Origin: Tricharina praecox
Taxonomy: Eukaryota
DNA: 64,000 nt
Direction: 5' to 3'
Assembly: GCF_024521635.1 (NCBI RefSeq)
Contig: NW_026250437.1
Coordinates: 62,001 to 126,000, forward strand
This document shows, piece by piece, positions 48,890-59,651 of this stretch; positions within the stretch are counted from its first letter, which is position 1; the number at the start of each line of letters is the position of its first letter. The position numbers and the translations under genes are program-made. The notes under the pieces were generated by a model. That model searched no databases, was not told the DNA's origin, and saw only the letters and a list, made by a program, of their open reading frames with translations.

Positions 48890-50914
48890 TCAGCTTTGGG
48901 CTGTATTGGCACGACACCTGATTTGTTCACCGCGGCCGAGTAGCTGCGTTAAATCCTCCAAGCTCTTCTCGTCTGCAACCTGCAGCGCTGTGCCGCAGCC
49001 CGAGCCCTGGGCCTCAGTGTAAGCGCCGTAGTCGAGCAGCAGCTGGACTGTGATTGTATGTCCGGAGCTAACCGCGCGGTGAAGCGGTGTCCAGCCCAAA
49101 TCATCTTTGGCATTGGTGTTGGCCCCGCGGTCTAGAAGCTGTTGCATTATGACCGTATACCCGCGCGTGGCAGCCTGGTGAAGCGGTGTCCAGCCCGAAT
49201 TGTCTTTGGCCTCGATGTTGGCACAGCGGTCGAGCAGTAGCTGCACCATGTCCGCATTGCTGTCCCAAGCCGCGCGATGAAGCGGCGTCCAGCCGTTTAC
49301 GACCTTGGCCTCGATGTCGGCTCCGCGGTCGAGTAGTTGTTGCACTATGGCTGTACGGCCGCGCCGGGTTGCCTGGTGAAGCGGCGTCCAGCCGGCAACG
49401 TCTTTAGGTTCGGTGTCGGCTCCTCGGCCAAGCAGTTGCCGCACTATGGCTGTATACCCGCGCGTAACTGCCCGGTGAAGCGGCGTCCATCTCAAATCGT
49501 CTTTGGCCTCGGTGTTTGCACCGCGATCGAGAAGTAACTGTACCACATCTGTTCGACCTGCCCATACCGCTATATGTAACGTCGTCAGGCTATTCTTAGC
49601 CTTTCCCTCGATGTCGGCGCCGAGGTCGAGAAGCAGTTGTACCATATCCGTTCGACCTGCCTCTACCGCTGTGTGCAGCGTCGTCAGGCCGTCCTTGGTC
49701 TTTGCCTCGATTTCGGCACCATGGTTGAGCAGCAGCTGAACCGTACCAATATGTTCCGAGATAACCGCGCATTGCAAGGCCGTGTATCCGTTGTCATCCC
49801 ACGAATCTATGAGACCACCGACAACCTTTACAAGCGCCTCGACGGCGGCGTTGTCACCCTTGCGGGCTGCAGCGTGTAACAGAGAGATCTGTTGCCTTAG
49901 AGGTGTCAAGAGATGCCCTATTCCGACGTCGCCATCTCGCTGCCGCTGGAATTGCTCCACGGGAATCCTCCTGCTCGCAAGCTTATCATAGGATTCCCCC
50001 TGACCATGAGGGTAAATGTAGCCATTGTTCAACTCAGAGATGTATACCGGGAGACAGATGACCGATATGTTTGAGATCTGGGCCATGCTCAGCCCGGTGA
50101 GTTGAGACCATCTAGAATCCGTCGTGCCGATAGTCATGCAAGAGCTACTTGAAGAGTTTTTGTATGCCTTTTTGTACACCCGGGTCTCAACCAGGGTCTG
50201 TTCAAAGGCGATCGTGAAGCGGCGAGAGCATCTTTTGGGTTCTGTGGAGAGGATTGAGGTTTTGGAACGAATTGATGATACGTCGTCATTGTTCTCGGAT
50301 GATCTGGCCGCTTCCAATCGCTCTGCGAGGGCCGGAATCACCCGCAATACCTCGGCCAAGTTGTGCTTCAATTCTGCGTTTTCCTGTTGCATTTGCTGCA
50401 TTGACGTGCTAAACTTCAATGTTAGCATGTATGTATTTCCATGGCCACAGCAGAACTTTGGGGTTTGGACCGACCAAGTATACACCGAGAGCAACAGGCT
50501 CAGCGATGTTTTGTGCATTTGCAGGTTCCGCAGTATCTTGGCGATATCCTGGTCCTTTGCTGCCCACTTGACGCTATCCCAGGCGCCAAACTTGGATCTA
50601 GGACCGTCACCGTCACCATCATCGGCTTTGAGGCCTTCGAGCTCCTTGTCGAGTTCGGAGAAGGCGCAAACGCAGCCCGTCAGAGCAATGATCAGATCCT
50701 CGACGTAGATCCTGGATTTCCGGGCCGTGCTGTGCTCGGCGAAATGGACTATGAATTCCTCCAGCTGGCGAAAGATTCCGTGCAGAGCATTGACCTCGGC
50801 GAGCACGGCACGCGCGGTACTGGGGGCGTCGACGGCGGTAGAGAGGAACCCGATGACCTTTGCTCCGATCTGCAGTAGGCCGGCGACCGACGCCGCAACT
50901 GAAAGAGGGTCCAT
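48890..50914 (-). CDS. HeLo-like N-terminal (STAND-associated) domain plus ~10 ankyrin repeats, no NACHT/NB-ARC, ~652 aa
   Basis: Starts MDPLSVAASVAGLLQ (ATG at 50914), typical of Helo_like_N/SesA-type domains, with the later motif VKWAAKDQDIAKILRNLQMHKTSLSLLL. A probable 66-nt in-frame intron spans 50474-50409 (gtcggt...gctaac...tag). 33-aa GWTPLH repeats follow. No Walker A motif. Confidence 0.9.
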   Translation of the reverse strand: MDPLSVAASVAGLLQIGAKVIGFLSTAVDAPSTARAVLAEVNALHGIFRQLEEFIVHFAEHSTARKSRIYVEDLIIALTGCVCAFSELDKELEGLKADDGDGDGPRSKFGAWDSVKWAAKDQDIAKILRNLQMHKTSLSLLLSVYTWSVQTPKFCCGHGNTYMLTLKFSTSMQQMQQENAELKHNLAEVLRVIPALAERLEAARSSENNDDVSSIRSKTSILSTEPKRCSRRFTIAFEQTLVETRVYKKAYKNSSSSSCMTIGTTDSRWSQLTGLSMAQISNISVICLPVYISELNNGYIYPHGQGESYDKLASRRIPVEQFQRQRDGDVGIGHLLTPLRQQISLLHAAARKGDNAAVEALVKVVGGLIDSWDDNGYTALQCAVISEHIGTVQLLLNHGAEIEAKTKDGLTTLHTAVEAGRTDMVQLLLDLGADIEGKAKNSLTTLHIAVWAGRTDVVQLLLDRGANTEAKDDLRWTPLHRAVTRGYTAIVRQLLGRGADTEPKDVAGWTPLHQATRRGRTAIVQQLLDRGADIEAKVVNGWTPLHRAAWDSNADMVQLLLDRCANIEAKDNSGWTPLHQAATRGYTVIMQQLLDRGANTNAKDDLGWTPLHRAVSSGHTITVQLLLDYGAYTEAQGSGCGTALQVADEKSLEDLTQLLGRGEQIRCRANTAQS
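48930..49880 (-). repeat. 99-bp-period ankyrin-coding tandem repeats
   Basis: On the plus strand, tgaagcgg(c/t)gtcca recurs at ~49080, 49179, 49278, 49377 and 49476. Confidence 0.9.
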
Positions 50915-51469
50915 TCTGATGTTCGTGACGCGTATGTAGCGAGTCGTTCTCGTTCTCAACGGGCGGGAGGATTCAGTGCGAGGAGAACGCGTTCGTGAGG
51001 CGGCCAGTTGCAGAGCTGGGCTCTCCAAATATTACCCCATAGCTGCGAGCCTTGTGCAACGCAACACCAATGCCATGGCAGTGCTGACCTGTGTTCGTCT
51101 AAAGTGCGCACACGCACACGCAGACCAAATTAGTACAGATGATTATGTCTGGAACTCCAAAATCGCGACGCGAACGGTGAGATTTAAGTATCTACCTCAA
51201 CCCAGGATCGATGGACGCAAGTAAGTACTACATGTAGTACCCTGGCTACGGATTTGACGAGCATGGCGGCCCGCCCACCGCACCACCTCGTGGCCGTTGG
51301 AATTGCTCTACGGAGAGCTCCTCCACTCGTGACCTTGTTAGAGTACTGGTTTCCCCCTGAGGGTGGTTGCGGTACATACAGGCGGCGGGACGAGAGGCGG
51401 GTTCAGTGTTTATTTCGAACGTTCTTTCTTAGTGCACGCCCTATACCAACCTTGCAGAGATCGATGGTG

Positions 51470-51810
51470 CCGGTAGTGGAGTTAGTGATGTGTTATGCAT
51501 TTGTATGTAGGGTGCGTAGTATCCTCGCGATCATATCTCGATCTTTCGGTACCCACTTGGTGATGATACTAGGTAGCCGAGTTGGACTTCCCCGGCATTG
51601 GCTCGAGTTACTATTCCTTTTTTCGGTTTGTTTCTTCATTGATTGTGTGCAGCCTATCCAGACTATGGTGATTTACACGCTCTTGACAATCATGTCCACG
51701 GTTCCGGTAACGGGCTCGGTGCAACAGCCTCGTCTCCCTCAGTCTTCCGCCTTGCCGCGCAGCCGCAGTGCTAACCTTTTCACAACGCTGAATATCCCCG
51801 AGCTGGACTG
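51470..51810 (-). pseudogene. Degenerate paralog fragment of the HeLo-like N-terminal domain
   Basis: 51481-51560 (gttagtgatgtgttatgcatttg...gtgcgtagtatcctcgcgatcatatctcgatctttcggtacccacttgg) aligns with 50498-50571 of the intact gene. It encodes KWVPKDRD.IARILRTL versus KWAAKDQDIAKILRNL and contains indels. Weaker similarity continues to ~51810. Confidence 0.65.
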
Positions 51811-52394
51811 ATAACGACAGGGAGAAAAACATAGGAAAGGGAGGAAAGACCGTCCACATTCTACTCTTCCATCGCCTCCGCTTGCCTCTCCGCTTCGTTC
51901 GCCGTCTCCCTGCCCAATAGATCCAGGAAGGCCATACCTAGCTTCCTCTCGCCGTCCATTCCCTCGCAATTCCTCCGACTTGAGCTGGTAGAACCGTGCC
52001 GCTTGTCAGAGTCAGAGAGGTGGCCTTCGCTGGACTGCTTCCTTTCACACTATAAGCGGGCACTCTGGCCACTTCATTTCAGATATGGGTAGGTTGAAGT
52101 GTGTCCGAAGTGTTTGCTGACTTCGACCAGCCACCCAACTCCATTCCGGTCCGCTGGCTGGTAATACTGTTCCTAGCGTCCATCACTTCTCAAAGCCAGA
52201 TGAGTGACTGTGATGCAGTGGCTCCGGAATAAACATGCAGGGTGCACTGTTTGTCTGGTATTCCGTTTGAGACCGCGTTTGTGTGCTCTAGTTAAATAGT
52301 TTCCCCTACATAAGTTACATAAGTTCTTGGTCAGATATGTGGGATTATGATGGATATATCACTGGCGAAATGAGATGTGCGGCTGGCCCAAGGG

Positions 52395-52496
52395 CAGTGC
52401 AGGCAACAGCCCGAAAAGCCCACGGGCTGGGCTGGGGCTGGTGGGCTGATTTGATAGCCCGGGCTATCAGTTGGGCCGGGCGGGCTGGATCCTAGA
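52395..52496. mobile_element. Possible hAT/MITE subterminal relic
   Basis: Starts CAGTG, has a dense cluster of AGCCC/GGGCT motifs in both orientations, and contains the perfect 18-bp palindrome tgatagcccgggctatca (52452-52469). Confidence 0.35.
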
Positions 52497-53385
52497 GTCG
52501 GTATGGTAGGGTAACACCACGACAATCGATAGGAAACAACGTTGATAGGCAGCGGCGCAGCAACGGGCCGTGGTGGTACTAGAGCTTTCTTTCGACCAGC
52601 GGCGCTGGCAGGAAAGGAAAGGTTTGGAAGTTGGTGGTCGCCATAGTCTAGTAAGGTCGCGTGCGATAATAATTGACGTTCTCTCTCTCTCATGATAGAT
52701 AGGTAACAGTCCCACGCCGGCAGCGCCCTTAAGAAAGAAAGCCTGAAGAAACAGGAGGAAAAAACAGTACATGAAATGTCAAGCTACTCTACTAAGAAGA
52801 CAGGTCCACAGTGGCGGAAGCATGCCAATGTCGCAAACATTCGCAGGCCTCAATGATCTCCGGCTTCAACCCAACCATGAGTTTATCGCTACTAAACACT
52901 CGTTCTACCTCTGCCGACATATGCGGAGGTTATTCTCTTGCGGTTGTTGTTGGGATACAGGAGGTGGCCGTGCCGGATCCACCACCCTCGACGATACTAG
53001 CAGTGAGACGCATCATTGGAGCTCTCTCGCCGTCGGCCAGTGTGCTGCTCCATTTCCGCTGGACAGCCGTATTTGGCGTTACAGCACAAATGTACCCCCA
53101 TCTTGATGCGGTCCGCTAGCGTCGGAATGCGGCAACAGCTCGCTTGATTTCAACGTTTATTTAGCGAGGAACAGCGGCTCACAAGCGTCCCCGCTACCAA
53201 GTTCTGGGACCGCTACCAACTATTTAGTCTTCCGTCCCCTCACATCCCTTCCCCACACTCCCTCTCTTAAGTGTCACCAGACACTTCCTCCTCCCACTCC
53301 CGTCCACACTCAATCCCCACACTCCTTCCATTCTTCCATCCCCCACTCCATCCCTTCTTCCATCCCCCACTCCGTCATCTTCAAT

Positions 53386-54450
53386 ATGCCTCCGGATCCG
53401 CCCGTGGCTACGAACCAGCCTACCGCCAGTACGAACCAACCTACCGCCACAATGAATCACCCTGACGCCGCTACGATTTGCACCGACGTCGCCTTGCTTT
53501 CGTCGCTCCTCAGCTACGAACAGCGCCTCAAGGTCTTGAACCATCATCAGCTCTACGACCTTCTCCGTCACCTGAGGCAAGACTTTCCGGGGATGCCGGC
53601 TCTCAGTGCCGACGAACTGGAGAAGAAGGTGGTCCCACGAGAGCGTCTCAGTGGTGTTCTCAGCGGCGACGGCGGCGACCTTCCTCTAAGTGTTAAAATC
53701 CTTCGTCTCCTCAACCACCGCCAGCTTCGCGCCATTGCTAGTGAAATCGACGGCATGGCCGGCGTGCGACTCCGCGTCCTCACCTCCGAGTTGGTCCTGA
53801 AGAAGGAACAATATATCTCGGCCCTTACTATACCCCAGCGCCACTATTTGGAAGCTCACATGCCGGGACTTCTCCAGCTGGAGGAGAGCAAGTGTCTGAC
53901 CCAACTACGCTTGGCTGACGAATTTTCCCCCGATGTCATTCGCAAGATCCACGAGACACTTATCCAGGTTTTGGTGAACGCCATGCCCGAAGTGGACGCG
54001 CCACAGCAGGTGAATCACGACGCAGGTGGTGGAAATGGTGCCCCAGTGGTATCGGGACCCGAGCAAGAGCCCGACGAGCAGCACAAGAAGGAAGCCGACC
54101 CCGCATCCGAAAACGACAGCGACAGAGAAGAGACCATCGATAAAACGCGCATTCCCGTTTACGAACAGATGGGCTATCACAGCTCAAACGCTGCGGGCTA
54201 CAAATTCGATCGACGGGTTGCCGTAAAGGCTCTGACCGGGGCTCCGAACCGATTGAAGCTCGTCAATCAGCTGGAATGGACGTCGCTCGACACTTCTGTC
54301 CAGAACGCCATAGTCGAAAAGGTTCACCAGGCTCTTCCAGCGCACAACCTCGAGTTGTGTCGCCGCCTGGTTTGTCAGATCATTCGTCCCCTCCCCACCG
54401 GCACACTTCACCCGAAAAAGAAGAGGCGCATTGATTCGCCCAACGCCTAG
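53386..54450 (+). CDS. Hypothetical intronless protein, 354 aa, with C-terminal NLS-like motif
   Basis: Long ORF with protein-like composition, a start in ttcaatATG context and terminal PKKKRR. No recognisable domain. Confidence 0.7.
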   Translation: MPPDPPVATNQPTASTNQPTATMNHPDAATICTDVALLSSLLSYEQRLKVLNHHQLYDLLRHLRQDFPGMPALSADELEKKVVPRERLSGVLSGDGGDLPLSVKILRLLNHRQLRAIASEIDGMAGVRLRVLTSELVLKKEQYISALTIPQRHYLEAHMPGLLQLEESKCLTQLRLADEFSPDVIRKIHETLIQVLVNAMPEVDAPQQVNHDAGGGNGAPVVSGPEQEPDEQHKKEADPASENDSDREETIDKTRIPVYEQMGYHSSNAAGYKFDRRVAVKALTGAPNRLKLVNQLEWTSLDTSVQNAIVEKVHQALPAHNLELCRRLVCQIIRPLPTGTLHPKKKRRIDSPNA

Positions 54451-54559
54451 ATTCGCCCAACGCCCAAGGACAGAAGAGCTGGTGGTAAGATGAGGGTCTT
54501 TTTTAGGTGTGGGTGATCGGGTGAAAAAATGGACGGTGCTGACTTCGGGTTGTTCTTGG

Positions 54560-54885
54560 TTTTCTGTTTGTGTGGGGTGGAGTGCTACTCTTCTGCAGTG
54601 GCCTGCGGTGGGAAGTTGAACTTTCCTTCGGTCGATTGTGTGCTCATGAGGAGTTGATAGGGATTACCGACTACTTGTGTAAGTACTTGAGTGCTTACAT
54701 CTTACACTTTGTACTGACTTGCATGGTTTTTTTTATCTTTAGCTTAGTTTTCTGATTGGGTGGAGTGCTACTCTTCTGCAGTGGCCTGCGGTGGGCAGTT
54801 GAACTTTTCTTCGGTTGAATTGTGTGCTCATGAGGAGTTGATAGAGATTACCGGCTACTTGCCTACATGATTTTTTTATCTTTAG
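54560..54885. repeat. Imperfect tandem duplication, ~183-bp offset
   Basis: gggtggagtgctactcttctgcagtggcctgcggtggg...ctcatgaggagttgatag occurs at 54575 and 54758. Each copy is followed by catg(g/a)tttttttatctttag. Confidence 0.9.
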
Positions 54886-55774
54886 ATTGCGGCATACGTA
54901 GTAATGGGAGGGAACAGACATCATCCTCAATGAATCCCCTTTTTCTCTTATGCTCACACATCTAGATACCTATGGTGGCTGTATTTGAGAATTGCAACGT
55001 CGATATATCCGATGGAGGCCTGCACCTGAGTTTCCTTTCCTCGCACGCACGAATAGGATGGTGGATGTGCTACGTAGGTGGGTACATAGCCTAGGTATGC
55101 GATATGCCTCAGTGGCAGCGGCGGCGGGGATGAGAGGGTATGCAGCGACGATTGTGTCGTTCTTAGTGCCTGGCTAATGGATCTTATGATCTAGGGGGTA
55201 CTACATATTGGGTACATGCGTATGCCTAATCGGCAGTAATTTTCATCTTTTTGATTTGTAGTTAATCGCTTGCGACCCATCAGATCGTGGCAATATACAC
55301 ACACCGTTTCCGTATATAACTATTACCGGCAATATTGTAGTTTTTGTTGTATCGTTAATTGCTTGCGACCTATCTGGACCATGGAAATACACGCTCCGCT
55401 TCGTCATACACTGTCCAGCCCAACAATAGCCAGTAACAGTGTGTAAACCACCGGCGCCAGAGACACTATGTGAGTGATTTTCTATGACTGCAACACTACC
55501 ACTGATCGACGGGGTTGGGATTGAGTTTGAAGGTTGAAGGTCAGCTGCGAGGGTGAAAAGATGATCCGGTTCAGAGGATAAGACAAAGACACGGAGAATC
55601 GTTAAATGTTTGCGCTACACTCCGAATAGGTAACCTCTTATCCCAGCCGAGTCCCGACCCAGTGACGAATCACGAGTCCCAACACGGCGATTCCCGCACT
55701 CACGTGTCATCACGTCTACTCGCGCCAATCGTCCAAACGCGTTCGCCCGCCAACCGTGCCCCAACCCAACCACC

Positions 55775-58415
55775 ATGCCGCCGCCTCTAGACCCCGTCTT
55801 CGAATCGCACGTCCAAAAGATCCACCAGATCACGGGCAAGGCACTCAACGAAATCCGCTGCGACCTGCGATTTACCCAGAGCGCTGAGGCTACGACCAAC
55901 AGGGTTTACGATGGGACGTTCTTGGCCGGTACTGAGAGGGATCCGACGAGGATGACGGGTATCCGGAAGGGATTGTTCCTGCTGCGCCCATCGACTTCGC
56001 CCGCTGCTGCCGCTGTGGGGCGGATGGATGATCGGTGAGATACCAGGTGCCATGTTTCTCTTTTGCGTTGCCCACCAACTGCTGACGGCGACGGTCGTCA
56101 GCTTCATGACCGATCCAGGTGCAGCTGGGGGGCAGGGTTCAAGCTTCTCGCCGGCAGCTAGCGGCGCGAAGAACGATCGCTTCAACACGTCGGATCATAA
56201 AAACCTTTACGCAGTCGACTCCTTCTCGTCCCTCCCAGCAAGAGGAAACGGCATAAAACATCCGCCCACAGACTCGAGTCCGACGCTCCCGATCCGACCG
56301 ACACCACCACCATATCCCTCGTCGGCGCCGCTACTTCCCATACCACCGGCAATCAAACCCTCGTCATCTTCGGGGCCACTGTTCAATCTCGAACTTCCAG
56401 GGATGGATCTAAACCCGATAGAGTTTTCGTCTTCGGCGCCGCAACTACAGTCACGTCCGCGACATCCCATACGGCGACCGGCACAGCGACCGCCGCCACC
56501 GCCGCCAACGGGAGAAGTTATCGATCTCCTCTCCAGCGGGGACGAGCTCCCCTCAGTGATCATCCCCGCCAAACGGAAACCCAAGGAGAAGGAGCAAATC
56601 AAAGCAGTTGAGCGTTCACCCGGCAACAAGAAACGGAAGAGTCAAGGTACTGCAGAACTACTGGATCTCAGCAACATCCAGGTTCTCGATCTCTCGCAAC
56701 CGGATGTGACGCCGCGTAGTGGGTTGATCCCGTCTAAGACGCCCGGAAGAAGCAGGGTACCACGAATCGCTGTTGAGGCCAGGGACGAGATAGTAGCTTC
56801 TTGTTCGTCTTCGCCACAGGCTGCAAAGAGCATTGGGGGAGTTCCGGATACCAGGGAGGAACCGGTCTACTTCAACAGTGACTTTGACGACAGCCTGTTG
56901 GGAAACTGGCGCTCACCCGTATCGGCTCCCAAGATGAAGGCCACAGCTACAGGAAACCCGGCTTTGTTGGTTCTTTCGGACTCTGATGACTCCGACGACT
57001 TGGATATGCTTTTGGGGACAGCAGCACAAAAGTCTACTCGGACTCAGAAGACTACTACAAACTCTGTCCGTCCCTTCAGCGCAAAGACTTTGGAGATTTT
57101 AGCAAAGTTCAAGTCTGTTCCTGACGACGACGACTCAGATAATGAAAACCCACCTTCAACAGAGAAAAGACATCCCGTCATCAAGCGAAAGACCACTACA
57201 AAGAAGGCATCCGCTCCTACTTCCCGCGCTACATCCGCTCCCGTCCCCGCTGCAGCTGCATCAAAACGCGGAGGACTGTCCGAGGAGGAGAAAGCCCATC
57301 GCGCCGCCGAGAAGGCCGCCGAAAAGGCCAAAAAAGAGGAGGCAGCACGAGCCAAAAAAGAAGCCAAAGAAGCAGCGGCAGCCGAAAAGCGTCGCGAGCA
57401 AGAACTTGCATCGTTCAACAAGCTTCGAACATCCAAGAAAGACTCCTCACCCGAAATGATCGTCGACATCTCCACCGCCCTCGCCAGGGACGATGTTGGA
57501 ACAAGGCTGGTTGGGCTCTTGAAGGATTTGGGTTCCGACCCTCGCCCTACGTGGCAACTTTCGGGAATCGAGCGCGATTGGAAGGTCGTCAAGTGGAGGC
57601 GCGAGGTCAAGGCGGAATACAATCCAGCTCTCTCCGTATTCGTCCCGCTCCCACAGAAGGAAATCAGAAACGAGAAGCACATTCTCGTGCACCTCACAGC
57701 TAAGGAATTCGTCGAGCTTGCCTACCCCGAGGACGCAGACGCTCTCCTGAATCTAGACGCCCACGTCAAGATCATGAAGAAGCTCGTTCGCGGCCCCGAC
57801 GTTCGAGTCATCTACATGATCGACGGCCTCGTTGCCTACGCACGCAAGTCGAAGGCTACAAAGAACAATAACTTCCGCGCACAGGTTCTCTCTGCTATGG
57901 ACGGCGCTCCAGCACCCGCCGCCCGTCGCGCCGCCCCCTCGGCCCGTATCATCGATGAAGAGATGCTCGAAGACGCGCTCCTCAAGCTGCAGGTCAAGCA
58001 CTCCTGTCTGATCCAGCAAACCGCGGGCTCCATCGAAAGCGCAGAATGGATTTCAATCCTCACGGGCGACATATCGACAATCCCCTACAAGACCTCGCGC
58101 ATGGTCTTAGACACCAGCTTCTGCACCGACGTGGGACAGGTCAAGACCGGTGTCGATACTATGGATACGTGGTCCAAGATGCTGCAGGAGATTCATCGCG
58201 TCACCCCGGCTGTCGCCAATGGAATCACCGATAGGTATCCCGACGCCCGCAGCCTTATCCGCGCCTTTGAGACGCTGGGCGAGGGCGCGGTGGCGGATGT
58301 GCCGCTTATGGCTACCCGTAATGGCGCACCGAGTAATCGCCCGGTGGGAATGGCGTTGAGCAGAAGGATTTGCACTGTCTTTGCGGGGAAGGACGAGGAT
58401 TGCTTGGATGTGTGA
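55775..58415 (+). CDS. EME1: Crossover junction endonuclease non-catalytic subunit Eme1/Mms4, ~857 aa
   Basis: Exons 55775-56034 and 56102-58415. ERCC4-like region NKLRTSKKDSSPEMIVD...VKWRREVKAEY...EDALLKLQV...ISTIPYK, and HhH-type tail KMLQEIHRVTPAVANGITDRYP...VGMALSRRI. The N-terminal segment is CUE-like. Confidence 0.88.
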
Positions 58416-58890
58416 GGGAGTATCTGGGCGTTTGGTCTGCTTTATTAGATAGTATGGTGGAAGAACTGGGAGTCTGGTGCCTGTATTATTGCTACTACTT
58501 TGAGTTCTTCTCTTGCTTGCTGCATTTCTTTGCTTATTCGCTGGGGAATCGGGCGCGTATGGTTATTTGTGGGGAGTGAGATTGAGTGAAGGTTGTTTAT
58601 GCTTGCTTATTCCGGAGACATCTGGCTGGTATACACTTATTATCATAAACGATGGAGATAACTAGAGGAGAGAGTGCGGACGGTCCAGATTTGGCGAGTG
58701 AGAGGGGAGGTATATGATGAGGAGTAATACTAGTAATTTCAACAGGCCGAGTGTCCTGCGTGCAGGCTTGGCCTAGGTACTTTAGAATAGGTAACAGCGA
58801 CTCTTAGCCACGGCATTCTCCGTCCTCGACATCCGTCGCGTCTCCCCAGCACCATCACGCCCCGCACTCGCACCCAACACCACGATAACC

Positions 58891-59651
58891 ATGAGCAAAT
58901 ACTACGATATCGATGCCATCCTAACCGACGCCCAAGTCCCTCTCCCCTCCCCCTCCGCCTCTCCCGTCCTACTAACCAACGCAGAAACTCCCCTGCACCT
59001 TCGAACACGACGTCCCGGGCCTGGGCTACCTCGAGTCCTCATCGAGCAGCCCGGACATCAAAGCGGGCACGCGGCTGCAGCTCCCTGTCTGGCTCGCCGA
59101 GATGCTAGCGGTCTCGCAGCGCCTGGGCACGCTGTCAGACGTGATCACGCTGGACATACCTGTCGCACTCTCTCCGCGCGTGCAGAATGCACTCAAGGCC
59201 GATCCTAGGACCGTCGAGCTGCGGAGTTTGGCTACGCACTTTTATGGTCTCGGAGAACGCGTGCTGGGACTGTTTGAGGAGGAGGTGCTGTGCGATGTGC
59301 TTGTCTCGGTGGGATACTACTCTCTCCCTCTACCGCGACCCGCATGGGGACGGAAAGTATGCTGACCCGGGGGCGCGGGGTAGACGTACAAGCTTAGAGC
59401 AGCTGAGATCGCGGATCTTGCGCATAATCCGCAGGGTGCAATGGGCGGCGAGGCGGGCGCGTTCCTGCGCGGGCTAGATGAGGAGGAGAGGCAGTGTGAG
59501 TTCTCCTTCCCCGCACGCACGTGAAATCGGATCGGCTGCTGGGCGGGCTTGCACTGACGGTGCGATCGATCGGTCGATAGTGTTTCGCGTTGCCCATGAG
59601 AGCTCGAAGGCGATCAAGATGTATCTCGGAGGTGGGGAGAAGAAGAAGTGA
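58891..59651 (+). CDS. PSF3: DNA replication GINS complex subunit Psf3
   Basis: Exons 58891-58935, 58985-59308, 59384-59495, 59581-59651. The protein reads MSKYYDIDAILTDAQKLPCTF...LPVWLAEML...NALKADPRTVELR...FLRGLDEEERQLFR. Confidence 0.95.

Noticed and set aside
48930..49500. Regularly spaced repeats resembling a CRISPR array
   Set aside because: They are in-frame 99-bp ankyrin units in a eukaryotic gene, and there are no cas genes.
50915..51028. ORF-track N-terminal extension of the ankyrin protein
   Set aside because: It begins at TTG; MDPLS at 50914 is the family-typical start.
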